Shown one piece after another: positions 47,133 through 56,729 of a stretch of DNA of 64,000 nt (its first letter is position 1; the number at the start of each line of letters is the position of its first letter). The translations under genes were made by a program, and so were the position numbers. Below the pieces are notes generated by a model that saw only the letters and a list, made by a program, of their open reading frames with translations, had not been told where the DNA came from and did no database searches. Origin of the DNA: Myxococcota bacterium (GTDB lineage: Bacteria; Myxococcota_A; SURF-8); the NCBI GenBank assembly GCA_965140415.1, contig OZ223209.1:4960001-5024000 (forward strand), given 5' to 3'.

Positions 47133-47591
47133 ATGAAGTTGTCCCAAACGAGTGAAATGGCGATACATGGATTATGGGAATTAGCCCAGTCGGAAGACAA
47201 TCAAAGAGTGTTAGTGTCGGAGATTGCCAAACGGCAAAGTGTGTCTGAAAGCTATTTGGCCAAGATTTTCCATCGCTTAGGAAAAGAAGGCCTCGTACAG
47301 TCCCGACGCGGAAAAGTTGGTGGATTTATGTTGGCCAAGCCGGCCAAGGAAATTACCCTGGGTGAGATCGTTCGGATCTTCGAAAGCGACTTCCAAGAGT
47401 CGGAAACGAGTCCGAAAAAGTTCGTAAACCCACGGAAAATGGTTTTACATGGCGTTATGGAAGACGCAACAAGCAAGGCTTTCGGTGTGTTGGATAACGT
47501 CTCGCTGGCAGATTTGCAGCGGGAATCTCCTTCATCGGAAAGCCCGACATTGAGTAAACGGAAATATACTCGCCGAGAGGGCAAAGCATGA
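47133..47591 (+). CDS. Rrf2 family transcriptional regulator (no cysteines)
   Basis: SYLAKIF-x-x-L-x-x-x-GLV-x-S-x-RG-x-x-GGF-x-LAKPA-x-EITL wHTH signature. Confidence 0.88.
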   Translation: MKLSQTSEMAIHGLWELAQSEDNQRVLVSEIAKRQSVSESYLAKIFHRLGKEGLVQSRRGKVGGFMLAKPAKEITLGEIVRIFESDFQESETSPKKFVNPRKMVLHGVMEDATSKAFGVLDNVSLADLQRESPSSESPTLSKRKYTRREGKA

Positions 47592-48814
47592 GTGACAACA
47601 AGGTTTTCTTCGATCACGTTTCCACTACCCCCTGCGATCAGCGCGTAGTGGACGCCATGCTGCCGTATTTTACGGAACGTTTCGGGAATCCGTCCAGTCA
47701 TGTTCATGAAGCCGGAGTACTCGCCGCACAAGGAGTGGATCTGGCGCGCGAGCAGGTTGCGGCATTGGTTAACGCCAAACCGTTCGAAGTCATCTTTACT
47801 TCCGGCGCTACCGAGGCGAACAACCTGGCATTATTGGGAATTCCCGGATCGGGCGATACCACGCGCAAGCACATCCTGATTTCGCAGATCGAGCATTTTT
47901 CGATCGTGAATACAGCGGCGATGCTGCGCGCACATGGCTACACCGTCGAAGAAATCCCTGTCGATGATAATGGGGTAGTCACCCCGCAGGCCCTGGAAGC
48001 CAAACTGACCGACGATACCCTGCTGGTATCGGTGATGCATGCCAATGCCGAAATCGGCACCATTCAACCGATTGCCGAACTGGCCAAACTGGCGCACGCC
48101 AAAGGTGCATTGTTCCACACCGACGCCACGATCTCAGCGGGTTTGTTACCGCTGGATATGCATACAATGGAACTGGATGCAATCACCTTGTCGGCACATA
48201 ACTTCTACGGTCCCAAAGGCGTCGGAGCGCTGGTATTGCGCGATGGTCTTCGTCCCCGCGCCAGAAGCTACGGCGGCTGGCAGGAAAAAGGTCTGCGCTG
48301 CGGCACGGAAAACGTTCCGGGTATCGTAGGTATGGGAGCGGCGGCCGCATTGGCTACGGAAGAAGGTTCGCAACGAGCCGCTCATCTGCATGAGCTGGGG
48401 AAGATGTTGAAAGAGGGTCTGGCGGAAAAGATTCGTTTTATCCGCTTCACCGGACATGACGATCTCCAGCAACGTCTTCCGGGTCACGTCAGTTTCTGGG
48501 TGGAGCATGTAGAAGGTGAATCGCTGATTCTCTTTTTGAATGTTAAAGGCGTGATGGCCGCATCCGGTTCCGCCTGTAGCAGCAATTTGAAAGCCGATGA
48601 TGAAGACGGTCTGGTGTCCAGCCACGTGCTGGCAGCTGTGGGAGTACCCACCGACATCTGCGCCGGATCGGTCGCCTTCAGCCTTGGCAAAGATAATACG
48701 AAAGACGATGTGGAGAAAACCTTGGCCGAACTGCCCCCGATTGTGGAGCGGCTGCTGAGCATGTCTCCCAGCTATGCTGATTATGTGAAAGCCAACAAAG
48801 GAGAGGGTTCATGA
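47588..48814 (+). CDS. iscS: IscS/NifS-like protein with the PLP-binding Lys replaced by Asn
   Basis: FGNPSS, TSGATEANN, EHFS, SVMHANAEIG, HTDA, SAHNFYGPKG, GTENVPG and SGSACSS. Confidence 0.88.
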   Translation: MSDNKVFFDHVSTTPCDQRVVDAMLPYFTERFGNPSSHVHEAGVLAAQGVDLAREQVAALVNAKPFEVIFTSGATEANNLALLGIPGSGDTTRKHILISQIEHFSIVNTAAMLRAHGYTVEEIPVDDNGVVTPQALEAKLTDDTLLVSVMHANAEIGTIQPIAELAKLAHAKGALFHTDATISAGLLPLDMHTMELDAITLSAHNFYGPKGVGALVLRDGLRPRARSYGGWQEKGLRCGTENVPGIVGMGAAAALATEEGSQRAAHLHELGKMLKEGLAEKIRFIRFTGHDDLQQRLPGHVSFWVEHVEGESLILFLNVKGVMAASGSACSSNLKADDEDGLVSSHVLAAVGVPTDICAGSVAFSLGKDNTKDDVEKTLAELPPIVERLLSMSPSYADYVKANKGEGS

Positions 48815-49194
48815 GCACCATTGCACCATACAACCCCAAAGTCATGGATCATTTTATGTCTCCCCGCAACATGGGAGAAATCGAAAATCCCGATGGCGTG
48901 GGAGAAGTAGGCAACCCGTCGTGCGGCGATATGATGCGCCTGTTCTTGAAGATCGACGACAACCGCATCACCGATGTGAAATTTCAGACCTTCGGGTGCG
49001 GAGCGGCAATTGCCAGCAGCAGCATGCTCACCGAGATCATCAAGGGCATGACCTTGGAAGAAGCCAAAACCGTCACCAATGAAAACATCTCGGAAGCATT
49101 GGACGGTTTGCCCGCAGCCAAGATTCATTGTTCGGTAATGGCTGAAGAGGCGATTCAAAAGGCGATCGACGATTACGAAAGCAAACGAAAGTAG
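48811..49194 (+). CDS. iscU: Fe-S cluster scaffold IscU/NifU-N
   Basis: DHFMSPRNMG, GNPSCGD, FQTFGCGAAIASSS and KIHCS. Confidence 0.92.
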   Translation: MSTIAPYNPKVMDHFMSPRNMGEIENPDGVGEVGNPSCGDMMRLFLKIDDNRITDVKFQTFGCGAAIASSSMLTEIIKGMTLEEAKTVTNENISEALDGLPAAKIHCSVMAEEAIQKAIDDYESKRK

Positions 49195-49222
49195 CTTAAT
49201 GATCCGTCTGCCTGACTTATGG

Positions 49223-49267
49223 GGGCGTAGCGAACAGCAGCATGTCTGTTGGGCTACGCCCTTTTTT
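49223..49267 (+). terminator. Intrinsic terminator of the isc operon
   Basis: GGGCGTAGC...GCTACGCCC stem followed by TTTTTT. Confidence 0.75.
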
Positions 49268-49542
49268 CATTCTTTGAAACAAGGTGGCAGTCATCGTTTT
49301 TTTCAAAGTGAATCGAGTCGAAAGCCCGATTCTTCTTGCTTTAAAATTTTAACATGTTACTCTCGGACCGATTTCCGAGGGGGAATTTCCTTGTCGCAAT
49401 GCTAAAAAACATGGAAATTACGACGGAAATCGTTGAAAATAATTGACTGTGCGCCGTGGATAAGCCTACAGCTTGCTTATCCCTTGGACCTTGGAATTCG
49501 TACCTAGTTCATGATGCAAACATGTAAAGGACCATAGGTGAC

Positions 49543-51282
49543 ATGGAAAGCCTGACGCTTCGGATTGGTGGAGAAGGCGGAGAAGGTGTAATCAGTTGCG
49601 GTGAAATCTTGACCCGGTCGGCAGCGCGTTCCGGGTATCATGCATTTACCTACCGCACGTATCCCGCCGAGATTCGCGGCGGACTGTCGATGTTTCAATT
49701 GCGGGTGGATTCGAAAGCCGTTTTATCAGCCGGTGACAAACTGGATGTGCTGGTGGCTTTCAATCAGGAAGCGCTGGACAATTACCTGTCCGACGTGCGC
49801 TCCACCGGGGTAGTGCTTTACGACCCTGCATCCTGCCCGGAAACCGGCGCGCTTCGGTCGTATGACTCTTACGAAGTTCCCTTAAACGAAATCTGCAAAG
49901 AAGCCACGGAATCCATCCGTGGCAAAAACGTCGTCGCCATGGGCGTGCTGGGATATTTGCTTAGCATCCCCATGGAAAAAGCGGCGGCAACCGTCAAGCA
50001 GCAGTTCGCCAAAAAAGGCAGCAAGATCGTGGGCAGCAACACATTGGCGTTGGTTGCCGGCTATCAGTATGCCTCGGAAAAGCTAGCCCTTGACCGTCTG
50101 TCGAGTTTGCCACCCAAAGGAAAAAACAATGGCGTGGGCGAACGACTGATTCTTTCGGGAAATCAGGCGGTGGCGATGGGCGCGCTGGCAGCGGGAGTAC
50201 GCTTCTGCGGCGGTTATCCGATCACACCGGCTACCCCCATCTTCGAGTTCATGGCGCGAGAATTGCCTCGTTTCGGAGGTTACGTCATTCAATTCGAAGA
50301 CGAAATCTCGGCAATCGGCGCCTGTTTGGGTGCAAGCTATTCCGGAAACAAAGTGATCATCCCCACCTCGGGACCGGGCATGGCGTTGATGAGCGAGTTC
50401 ATCAGCCTGGCTTCCATGGCGGAATTGCCGATTCTGATCGTCGATGTGCAGCGCTCGGGACCGAGTACGGGCATGCCGACCAAGAGTGAACAAGGCGATT
50501 TGAACTTTGCATTGTACGGCACTCCGGGTGAATCGCCTCGCGTCGTGCTGGCACCCGCTTCGGTAGAAGAATGTTTCGATTTGGCAGCACTGGCAGTAAA
50601 CGTGGCTGAACGCTATCAATTGCCGGTCGTGCTGCTTTCCGATGCCTCACTGGCTTATCGCACGGAGACGGTCAATCGCTTCGACGTCAAGAAGATGGTC
50701 GTCAACGAGCGCGAAGAGTGGAGCCAGCAGAAAGAAACATTGGGGTATCGGCGCTACGCATTAACCGACAGCGGTGTCTCTCCGATGGCGCGCCCCGGCA
50801 CGGAGCATGGTGAATATCAGGCAACGGGTCTCGAACACGACGAATTCGGGCATCCCAACTACACACCTGAATTCCACGAAGCCATGCAGAAGAAGCGTTA
50901 TCAGAAACTGGAGAGGATGGAAGCGGAACTGGGTGACTCGATGTTTTACCAGTCGCGCCCGGTCGGAGCTCGCGTCGGCATCATCAGTTGGGGATCAACC
51001 CAGGGCACCGTGCGCGAAGCGATCCGCATGGCCGAAGCGGAAAAAATCAAGGTCGCGCATTTTCATCCCAAGGTCATCAACCCTCTACCGAAGAAAGCTC
51101 TCAAGAAATTCGTTTCCCACGTACGGAAGCTGATCGTAGTAGAGGAAAACTTCACCGGACAGTTAGCCAACGTTATCCGGGCGGAACTGCAAGTAGACCT
51201 GAAAGTCTTTACCAAGGCGCAGGGCATCCCGTTCTCCCCGGATGAAATTTACGATGCGATTCGAAAAACGGTAGGCAAATAA
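49543..51282 (+). CDS. 2-oxoacid:acceptor oxidoreductase alpha subunit (gamma-alpha fusion)
   Basis: GEGGEGV, YPAEIRGG, YPITPAT, EDEI, TSGPG, QRSGPSTGMPT and TGLEHDE. Confidence 0.92.
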   Translation: MESLTLRIGGEGGEGVISCGEILTRSAARSGYHAFTYRTYPAEIRGGLSMFQLRVDSKAVLSAGDKLDVLVAFNQEALDNYLSDVRSTGVVLYDPASCPETGALRSYDSYEVPLNEICKEATESIRGKNVVAMGVLGYLLSIPMEKAAATVKQQFAKKGSKIVGSNTLALVAGYQYASEKLALDRLSSLPPKGKNNGVGERLILSGNQAVAMGALAAGVRFCGGYPITPATPIFEFMARELPRFGGYVIQFEDEISAIGACLGASYSGNKVIIPTSGPGMALMSEFISLASMAELPILIVDVQRSGPSTGMPTKSEQGDLNFALYGTPGESPRVVLAPASVEECFDLAALAVNVAERYQLPVVLLSDASLAYRTETVNRFDVKKMVVNEREEWSQQKETLGYRRYALTDSGVSPMARPGTEHGEYQATGLEHDEFGHPNYTPEFHEAMQKKRYQKLERMEAELGDSMFYQSRPVGARVGIISWGSTQGTVREAIRMAEAEKIKVAHFHPKVINPLPKKALKKFVSHVRKLIVVEENFTGQLANVIRAELQVDLKVFTKAQGIPFSPDEIYDAIRKTVGK

Positions 51283-52343
51283 TGGCGAAAAGCACCGAGA
51301 AAGACGAGCGAGAGCAGCAATCGGAACAGCCGCAAACCGAATCGGATTTGGGCTCATCCCAGGCTGTAGAAACCAAAGCCAGCCCTGCTGCTAAACGGAA
51401 AAACAATTCAAAAAGCGGTCAAAAGCGCACGGTTGCCAAGCGCGGCAGCGCTTCGAAGGCTGCCGCACCGGATGTCAATTCCAGTGAATCCATCTGGAAA
51501 ACGAATGACTATAAAAGCGGCGTCAAGCCGGTCTGGTGTCCGGGCTGCGGTCACTACGGATCGTTGTCCGCCTTTTACAAAGGTCTGGCAGCCTGTGATG
51601 TCGATCCGAAGAACCTGGTCATCGTCAGCGGAATTGGCTGTTCGGGACGGTTTTCCCATTTCGTGAAGGGATACTGTTTCCACGTCCTGCACGGTCGTGT
51701 GCTACCTGTCTGCCAGGGCATTGCCGCTTCGACGGGCGGCTACGATCTGAAGGTCTTTGGCATTTCCGGCGACGGCGATGCGTTGGCCATCGGTGGCGGT
51801 CATCTGCCCCACGCGGCGCGGCGAAATCCGAACATGGTGTACATGATCCTGGATAATGCCATTTACGGTCTGACCAAAGGCCAGTTCAGCCCAACCACCA
51901 GGCAAAGCGCCATCACCAGTTCTTCGCCTTTCGGAGTAACGGAAAACCGCTTGGACCCGCTCTCCCTGCTGCTGGGCTACAATGTTTCTTTTGTGGCACG
52001 CGGATTCAGCGCCAACAATAAGCAACTGGGTACGATCATGAGCCAGGCGATTCAGCATCGCGGCTTCTCGGTCGTGCATGTGCTCTCGCCCTGTGTGTCG
52101 TTCAACAAGGAAATCAGTTACGACTTCCTCTCCGAACGGGTCAAACCGCTGCCGGATGACTTCGACTCCTCCAACAAAGTTGCAGCATTCCGTTTTGCGC
52201 AGGATACGGAAAAGATTTACACTGGAGTGTTTTACAAGGAAGATCGTCCGACGTTGCAGGAATATCACACCAACGCCATCAAACAGGCGCAGAAAAAGAA
52301 AAACGCCGGGGACATCGACGCGCTGCTGGATACCTTCCGGTAA
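51282..52343 (+). CDS. 2-oxoacid:acceptor oxidoreductase beta subunit with N-terminal low-complexity extension
   Basis: WCPGCG, SGIGCS, LHGR, GDGDALAIGG, DNAIYGLTKGQFSPT and SPC. Confidence 0.92.
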   Translation: MAKSTEKDEREQQSEQPQTESDLGSSQAVETKASPAAKRKNNSKSGQKRTVAKRGSASKAAAPDVNSSESIWKTNDYKSGVKPVWCPGCGHYGSLSAFYKGLAACDVDPKNLVIVSGIGCSGRFSHFVKGYCFHVLHGRVLPVCQGIAASTGGYDLKVFGISGDGDALAIGGGHLPHAARRNPNMVYMILDNAIYGLTKGQFSPTTRQSAITSSSPFGVTENRLDPLSLLLGYNVSFVARGFSANNKQLGTIMSQAIQHRGFSVVHVLSPCVSFNKEISYDFLSERVKPLPDDFDSSNKVAAFRFAQDTEKIYTGVFYKEDRPTLQEYHTNAIKQAQKKKNAGDIDALLDTFR

Positions 52344-52366
52344 ACCAACAACGCACACTAGGGACG

Positions 52367-52398
52367 AAAGACGGGCAATGTAGCCCGTCTTTTTTTTT
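52367..52398 (+). terminator. Intrinsic terminator between convergent genes
   Basis: AAAGACGGGC-AATGTA-GCCCGTCTTT followed by a T run. Confidence 0.8.
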
Positions 52399-54232
52399 AC
52401 AACTGCTTCGTACCACCGCCACTGACGGTGAACATCTGGTTTTGCTCGATACGGGCATTCTCGGAAATGATAAACTGGCCATCGTCCAGAATGTTAACTT
52501 CCACCCGAACACCTTTCGCGATGGTGACGTTTCCACCGATCCAGACTTTGGCCGCGCTTAGCGCCTGTTCTGAAATGTCGCGGGTATCTTCGTCATATTC
52601 GATTTCGCCGTACGGCTTGTTCGCACGTACGATCAACGTTGCGCCCTCTTCCAGATGTAATCCGGCAGACAGCGGCGGGGTGCGCTCGTCCAGTCCATGC
52701 CGTAAGCACAGATACAGGCGGCTACCTTCTTCCAACTTCCAATCTTTGCCGACGCCACGAGTTGTCAAAGCTTCCTGGGTCATACCAAGGCAGGGATGTA
52801 ATTCGACATAGGCTTTCGGTTCGGAAGAAGCTCCCGCCACTTCTCCACCGAGTTGCTCGATACAACGCGCGCCCTGACGAGCCAGGGCCTGGAAGCTGGT
52901 CGTGATCGAGTCGCGCCCGACAATGGCCTTTGTGGGAACGAAAATATGGTCACGCTCATCGGCGTAGACTTCCACGCCGTCCGGGTCCAGTTTGGCCGTA
53001 AGATGCTGATTCAGAAATTCATAGGTGCTGGATTGGATAGTTTTCTCTTCAAGCTGGATGGGCTTGTTCGTATACAGCGTACCCGGTAGATCGGTTCGCA
53101 ACGCCTCCAACGAAAGCAGGTTGGTATTGATATGCGCCGCATCGAACAGCAAGTCACCCTGTTCATTCTTCTCGGCGGAAAGCGCCGGGTCCAACACGCT
53201 GTATTCAATGACTTCCACGCGACGATCCTTTTTCCGGCGACAAGCCATGCCGACTTTCTCCGTCGGATCGGTGCGCGTCACAACGGAAAGGGTGAACTGG
53301 TTTTTCTTGCGCAGATGGAATCCCAGCCGTTGCGGAGCCAACGGATTCAATGCGGCGTTATCCACATTACCCATAACGACATGTTCGATACCACGTTCGG
53401 CCAGGCGCGCCTTGATGCTGGTTTCACCCAGGTTTCTGGCCAGTGCATGGTAAAAACCGCCATGGCCATCGCCCGTCCAGAACAACCCGCCTTCCGAGCT
53501 GACGATCAGGTCGCCGTCTTCATCCAAACGAGGAATTTCACCCTGTTTGAAGATCACCGCTCCCGAACGCGGGAACCCCCAGAGCTTGTCGCCTTCCAAC
53601 CACAGAACCGTATTGGTGAAGGTATTGGAACTGGTCATAAATAGCGGCAGACCCAGCCGGCCATACTCGATTCCGCTTTCCAGAATCTGCGCCATCAGCA
53701 ACTGGTAAAAACTGAGTCCCTCTACCACGGTAATCGGGAACAGCCCTTTCGGGTTGTAGCGATCGGGCGGGCTTTTGGAGAGTCGTTCACTTTTTATCGG
53801 AGTCGACTCGCCGATCCGATCCCATTCGGTGAAGAAACGCGTTCCCGAACCACCGGCGAAAACACCGATCGCCCATTTCCCCTGCCGCAACGAAACCTCT
53901 CCTCGTTCACGATCCTGTTGAGCGAAATCGTTCTGGTCGGGATCCGCATTGACCGGCTCTAAGTCGTCTTTCGTCAAGATTTCACCGAGTCGTCCCGCAC
54001 GAAAATCCGCCAGCGCCTGTCGATGCCTGGCCAGATGCTCGAAATCCAGGCGAGTGATTTCGCGCAGAAAACGATCCCACTCCTTCTCTCCGGCTTGCTT
54101 CAGATATTTATCGAAAATTCCCGAAAAGCCTTCGGATAGCAGATGCTCCAGAGCCTTTGCAACTTCCGGTGCATTGGCAAGCTTTTGTTTAAGAAAAGGA
54201 TGGCTATCGGTTAGTTCTTGAATCGTCGTCAC
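52397..54232 (-). CDS. UDPGP-family (eukaryote-type) UDP-sugar pyrophosphorylase
   Basis: AGGSGTR, PKG, MTS, FKQGEIP, GDGHGG, NVDN, EKVG, IEYS, YE and FVPTK; C-terminal beta-helix-like region. GTG 54232 after GGGGAGG. Confidence 0.8.
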   Translation of the reverse strand: MTTIQELTDSHPFLKQKLANAPEVAKALEHLLSEGFSGIFDKYLKQAGEKEWDRFLREITRLDFEHLARHRQALADFRAGRLGEILTKDDLEPVNADPDQNDFAQQDRERGEVSLRQGKWAIGVFAGGSGTRFFTEWDRIGESTPIKSERLSKSPPDRYNPKGLFPITVVEGLSFYQLLMAQILESGIEYGRLGLPLFMTSSNTFTNTVLWLEGDKLWGFPRSGAVIFKQGEIPRLDEDGDLIVSSEGGLFWTGDGHGGFYHALARNLGETSIKARLAERGIEHVVMGNVDNAALNPLAPQRLGFHLRKKNQFTLSVVTRTDPTEKVGMACRRKKDRRVEVIEYSVLDPALSAEKNEQGDLLFDAAHINTNLLSLEALRTDLPGTLYTNKPIQLEEKTIQSSTYEFLNQHLTAKLDPDGVEVYADERDHIFVPTKAIVGRDSITTSFQALARQGARCIEQLGGEVAGASSEPKAYVELHPCLGMTQEALTTRGVGKDWKLEEGSRLYLCLRHGLDERTPPLSAGLHLEEGATLIVRANKPYGEIEYDEDTRDISEQALSAAKVWIGGNVTIAKGVRVEVNILDDGQFIISENARIEQNQMFTVSGGGTKQL

Positions 54233-55397
54233 ATTTTCCTCCCCGTGCGCCACCGGATGGGGTCAATAACAGGGCTTGCCCTTTGTTCGCCCATTGTTGG
54301 TAGCGCAGTTGCAATGCTGCCTGAAATTCTTCTGCCAATTCCGCCGAAACCAGATTGACGGTGCAGCCGCCAAATCCACCTCCGGTCATGCGCGCCCCGA
54401 TCAGTCCGGGAAGATCCTGCGCCAACTCGACTGCCCGATCCAGTTCGATGCAGGAAACATTGTAGTCGTCTCGCAGACCCGCATGCGAGGCGGCCAGCAA
54501 TTCCCCGGCACGTTCTTTGTCGGCATTGGCCAACGCCTCCGTAAAACGGCCTACTCGGTCGTTTTCCGCCAGAACGTAACCGCAGCGCCGGAAACTCAAC
54601 TCCGGCATGTCGCCTTTTGCAGCGTCGAGCATGTCGCGATCGACGTCGCGTAGCAGTTCCACTTGTGGAAACCGCCGCCGCACCGCCTCCAATCCGATCG
54701 CGCATTCCTGCTGGCGTTTCGCATATTCCGAACTGGCCAGTTCGTGATGAACTCCGGTATCCAGTACCACCAGTTTCCAGTCTTTCGGAATCGGCGTCAT
54801 CTGCACCTTCAGGCTGCGACAGTCCAGCTTCATGGCATGACCGTCTTCACAGACCGCAGAAGCAAACTGATCCATAATACCACACGGCACGCCGACGAAT
54901 CCATTTTCGGCCTGCTGACCAAGTTGGGCCAATTCACTGGAATGGAGTCCGAGTCCTTGAATCGTATTCCACAAAGTTAAACATGCCACTTCCAACGAAG
55001 CGGAACTGGATAACCCACCACCAAAAGGAATCGTACCGAGCATGACGATATCCAGCCCGCAGGGTTCGTAACCACGCTGCTGCAATGACCAGGCACAAGC
55101 TGCTACGTAACGCACCCAGCCATCCACCGCTTCGGGAAGCAACGTCTTTAGTGAAAAGCTTTTCGTTTCTTTCTGATTGATCGAATAGCAACGTACCTGA
55201 TCGTCATTGCGAACCGAAGCCAGCAGATAAGTCTTTAAATCGATTGCCGCCGGTAATACGAATCCCCCGTGATAATCTGTATGTTCACCGATCAGGTTGA
55301 CTCTTCCCGGTGCGATGGACCAGTACGAATCAGCCGCAACAACACCGAAGCGCTCTCGCCACACACGTTGCAACTGCTGCAAGGGAAAACCATCCAT
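54204..55397 (-). CDS. galK: Galactokinase
   Basis: APGRVNLIGEHTDY, GGGLSSSAS, VGVPCGIMDQ and GARMTGGGFGGC. Confidence 0.93.
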   Translation of the reverse strand: MDGFPLQQLQRVWRERFGVVAADSYWSIAPGRVNLIGEHTDYHGGFVLPAAIDLKTYLLASVRNDDQVRCYSINQKETKSFSLKTLLPEAVDGWVRYVAACAWSLQQRGYEPCGLDIVMLGTIPFGGGLSSSASLEVACLTLWNTIQGLGLHSSELAQLGQQAENGFVGVPCGIMDQFASAVCEDGHAMKLDCRSLKVQMTPIPKDWKLVVLDTGVHHELASSEYAKRQQECAIGLEAVRRRFPQVELLRDVDRDMLDAAKGDMPELSFRRCGYVLAENDRVGRFTEALANADKERAGELLAASHAGLRDDYNVSCIELDRAVELAQDLPGLIGARMTGGGFGGCTVNLVSAELAEEFQAALQLRYQQWANKGQALLLTPSGGARGGKCDDDSRTNR

Positions 55398-55544
55398 CGC
55401 CGCCTCCACATCGAAAGGTACTTTATTCTACTGATTTACCATGGATTCGGCATGACAACAAATAAAAGTAGGTGGATGCTTGCTTGTAGTATAACCGGTA
55501 CGAATCACGGGCAAGTATTACCCGCTTCAAGCGAAGTAAAGCGA

Positions 55545-56357
55545 TCAGGAGTCAGATCCCGTGGCGCGACGGCGCAATTTCTGGCGTTGGGCTTGAAACA
55601 CGAAACGGATCAACGCTTCGCGGTCGTTCTCCTCCAATTCTTCGAAGGTACAGCTAATCGTCGTGCTAGCACCACCTGCACCACCAAATTCCGAGTCTAC
55701 GCGGATAACTTTGGCATTGGCGACAATGGGTTGATTATGACCGGGTAATTGTACATAAATCCGTAATCTGTCACCCTTGTTATGCTCACGCGATGTGGAA
55801 AACTGAATACCGGACCCCGAAATGTTGACCACACGCTGAATCAAGGTTTCAGTTTCACATTCACTGGTTTTCGACATCTCCTTGCGTAGTTCGCGCAGTT
55901 CGCCGTACATGCCGGCGATCAGCGTTGCCATGGAACGTTCAAATTCTCCGACATTATTCAGCTTATCCAAGATCTGACCGATATTAGTGCCTTTAAGATC
56001 TTCCTCTCCCTTCTGACTGGGCACGGCTTCGCGCAACACTTCATAACCAAGCATAATGACAGTATCGGCACGAAAGTGATTACGGGCTTCGTGTCGCCCC
56101 AACAAGGAAACGGTCGCCATTCCGTTGTTTACAGACACGATTTTCGCTTTGTAAGCATAACCACGTTTGGAATCGGCAACAATCGCTTCACTGGTTGAAT
56201 TCAGCTTATTCAGCAGGTTTTCACTGATGCTTTGAAGAATTTCCAGGGAAATCGGTTCGGTGCTTACAACTCGAGTTGTAACAGAGGTCGAGCCGCTTTT
56301 ACCTTCCAGCAGCATTTCCAGTTTATCGCCTTTAAAAAATAGATTCCGGGTTTCCAT
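55545..56357 (-). CDS. PilZ domain protein
   Basis: R-x-x-x-R (RNHFR) and NISGSG motifs; C-terminal LIRFVFQAQR. Confidence 0.78.
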   Translation of the reverse strand: METRNLFFKGDKLEMLLEGKSGSTSVTTRVVSTEPISLEILQSISENLLNKLNSTSEAIVADSKRGYAYKAKIVSVNNGMATVSLLGRHEARNHFRADTVIMLGYEVLREAVPSQKGEEDLKGTNIGQILDKLNNVGEFERSMATLIAGMYGELRELRKEMSKTSECETETLIQRVVNISGSGIQFSTSREHNKGDRLRIYVQLPGHNQPIVANAKVIRVDSEFGGAGGASTTISCTFEELEENDREALIRFVFQAQRQKLRRRATGSDS

Positions 56358-56595
56358 CGTTGTTGATTCCCCTTTGTACCGTTACAGATTACATCACAAA
56401 TAAACGCAGCACACCTTGAACATGATAGAGTATCGGAAATCGAAAGATATTCCAAACGAGTAGTCGCTTGAAAACCGATAAGCTATGAGAATACTATGAA
56501 TTTAATATCGATGTCAAATTTTGAGTGAAAGCAGATTTAGAGATGGGCGGGAATTTTAAAAGTGCGTTATCTTTCATTTATTGGCGCAACGTACG

Positions 56596-56658
56596 ATGTC
56601 ATTCCGGCCTTGACCCGGAATCCATGCCTTTAACCCCGGATCAAGTCCGGGGTGACAT
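56596..56658. repeat. GTCA-type palindromic REP/RPE-like element
   Basis: ATGTCATTCCGGCCTTGACCCGGAAT...ACCCCGGATCAAGTCCGGGGTGACAT, an inverted doublet. Confidence 0.7.
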
Positions 56659-56729
56659 TTCGGTGTGATGTGGTAATTTCGGAGAATGAACGCACTAGTT
56701 TAAATTCCACCCGTTGGAGATTACTAGTT

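Noticed and set aside
55545-56700. AT-richer PilZ region as a possible horizontally acquired island
   Set aside because: No integrase, tRNA or flanking direct repeats, and a single gene is too little evidence.
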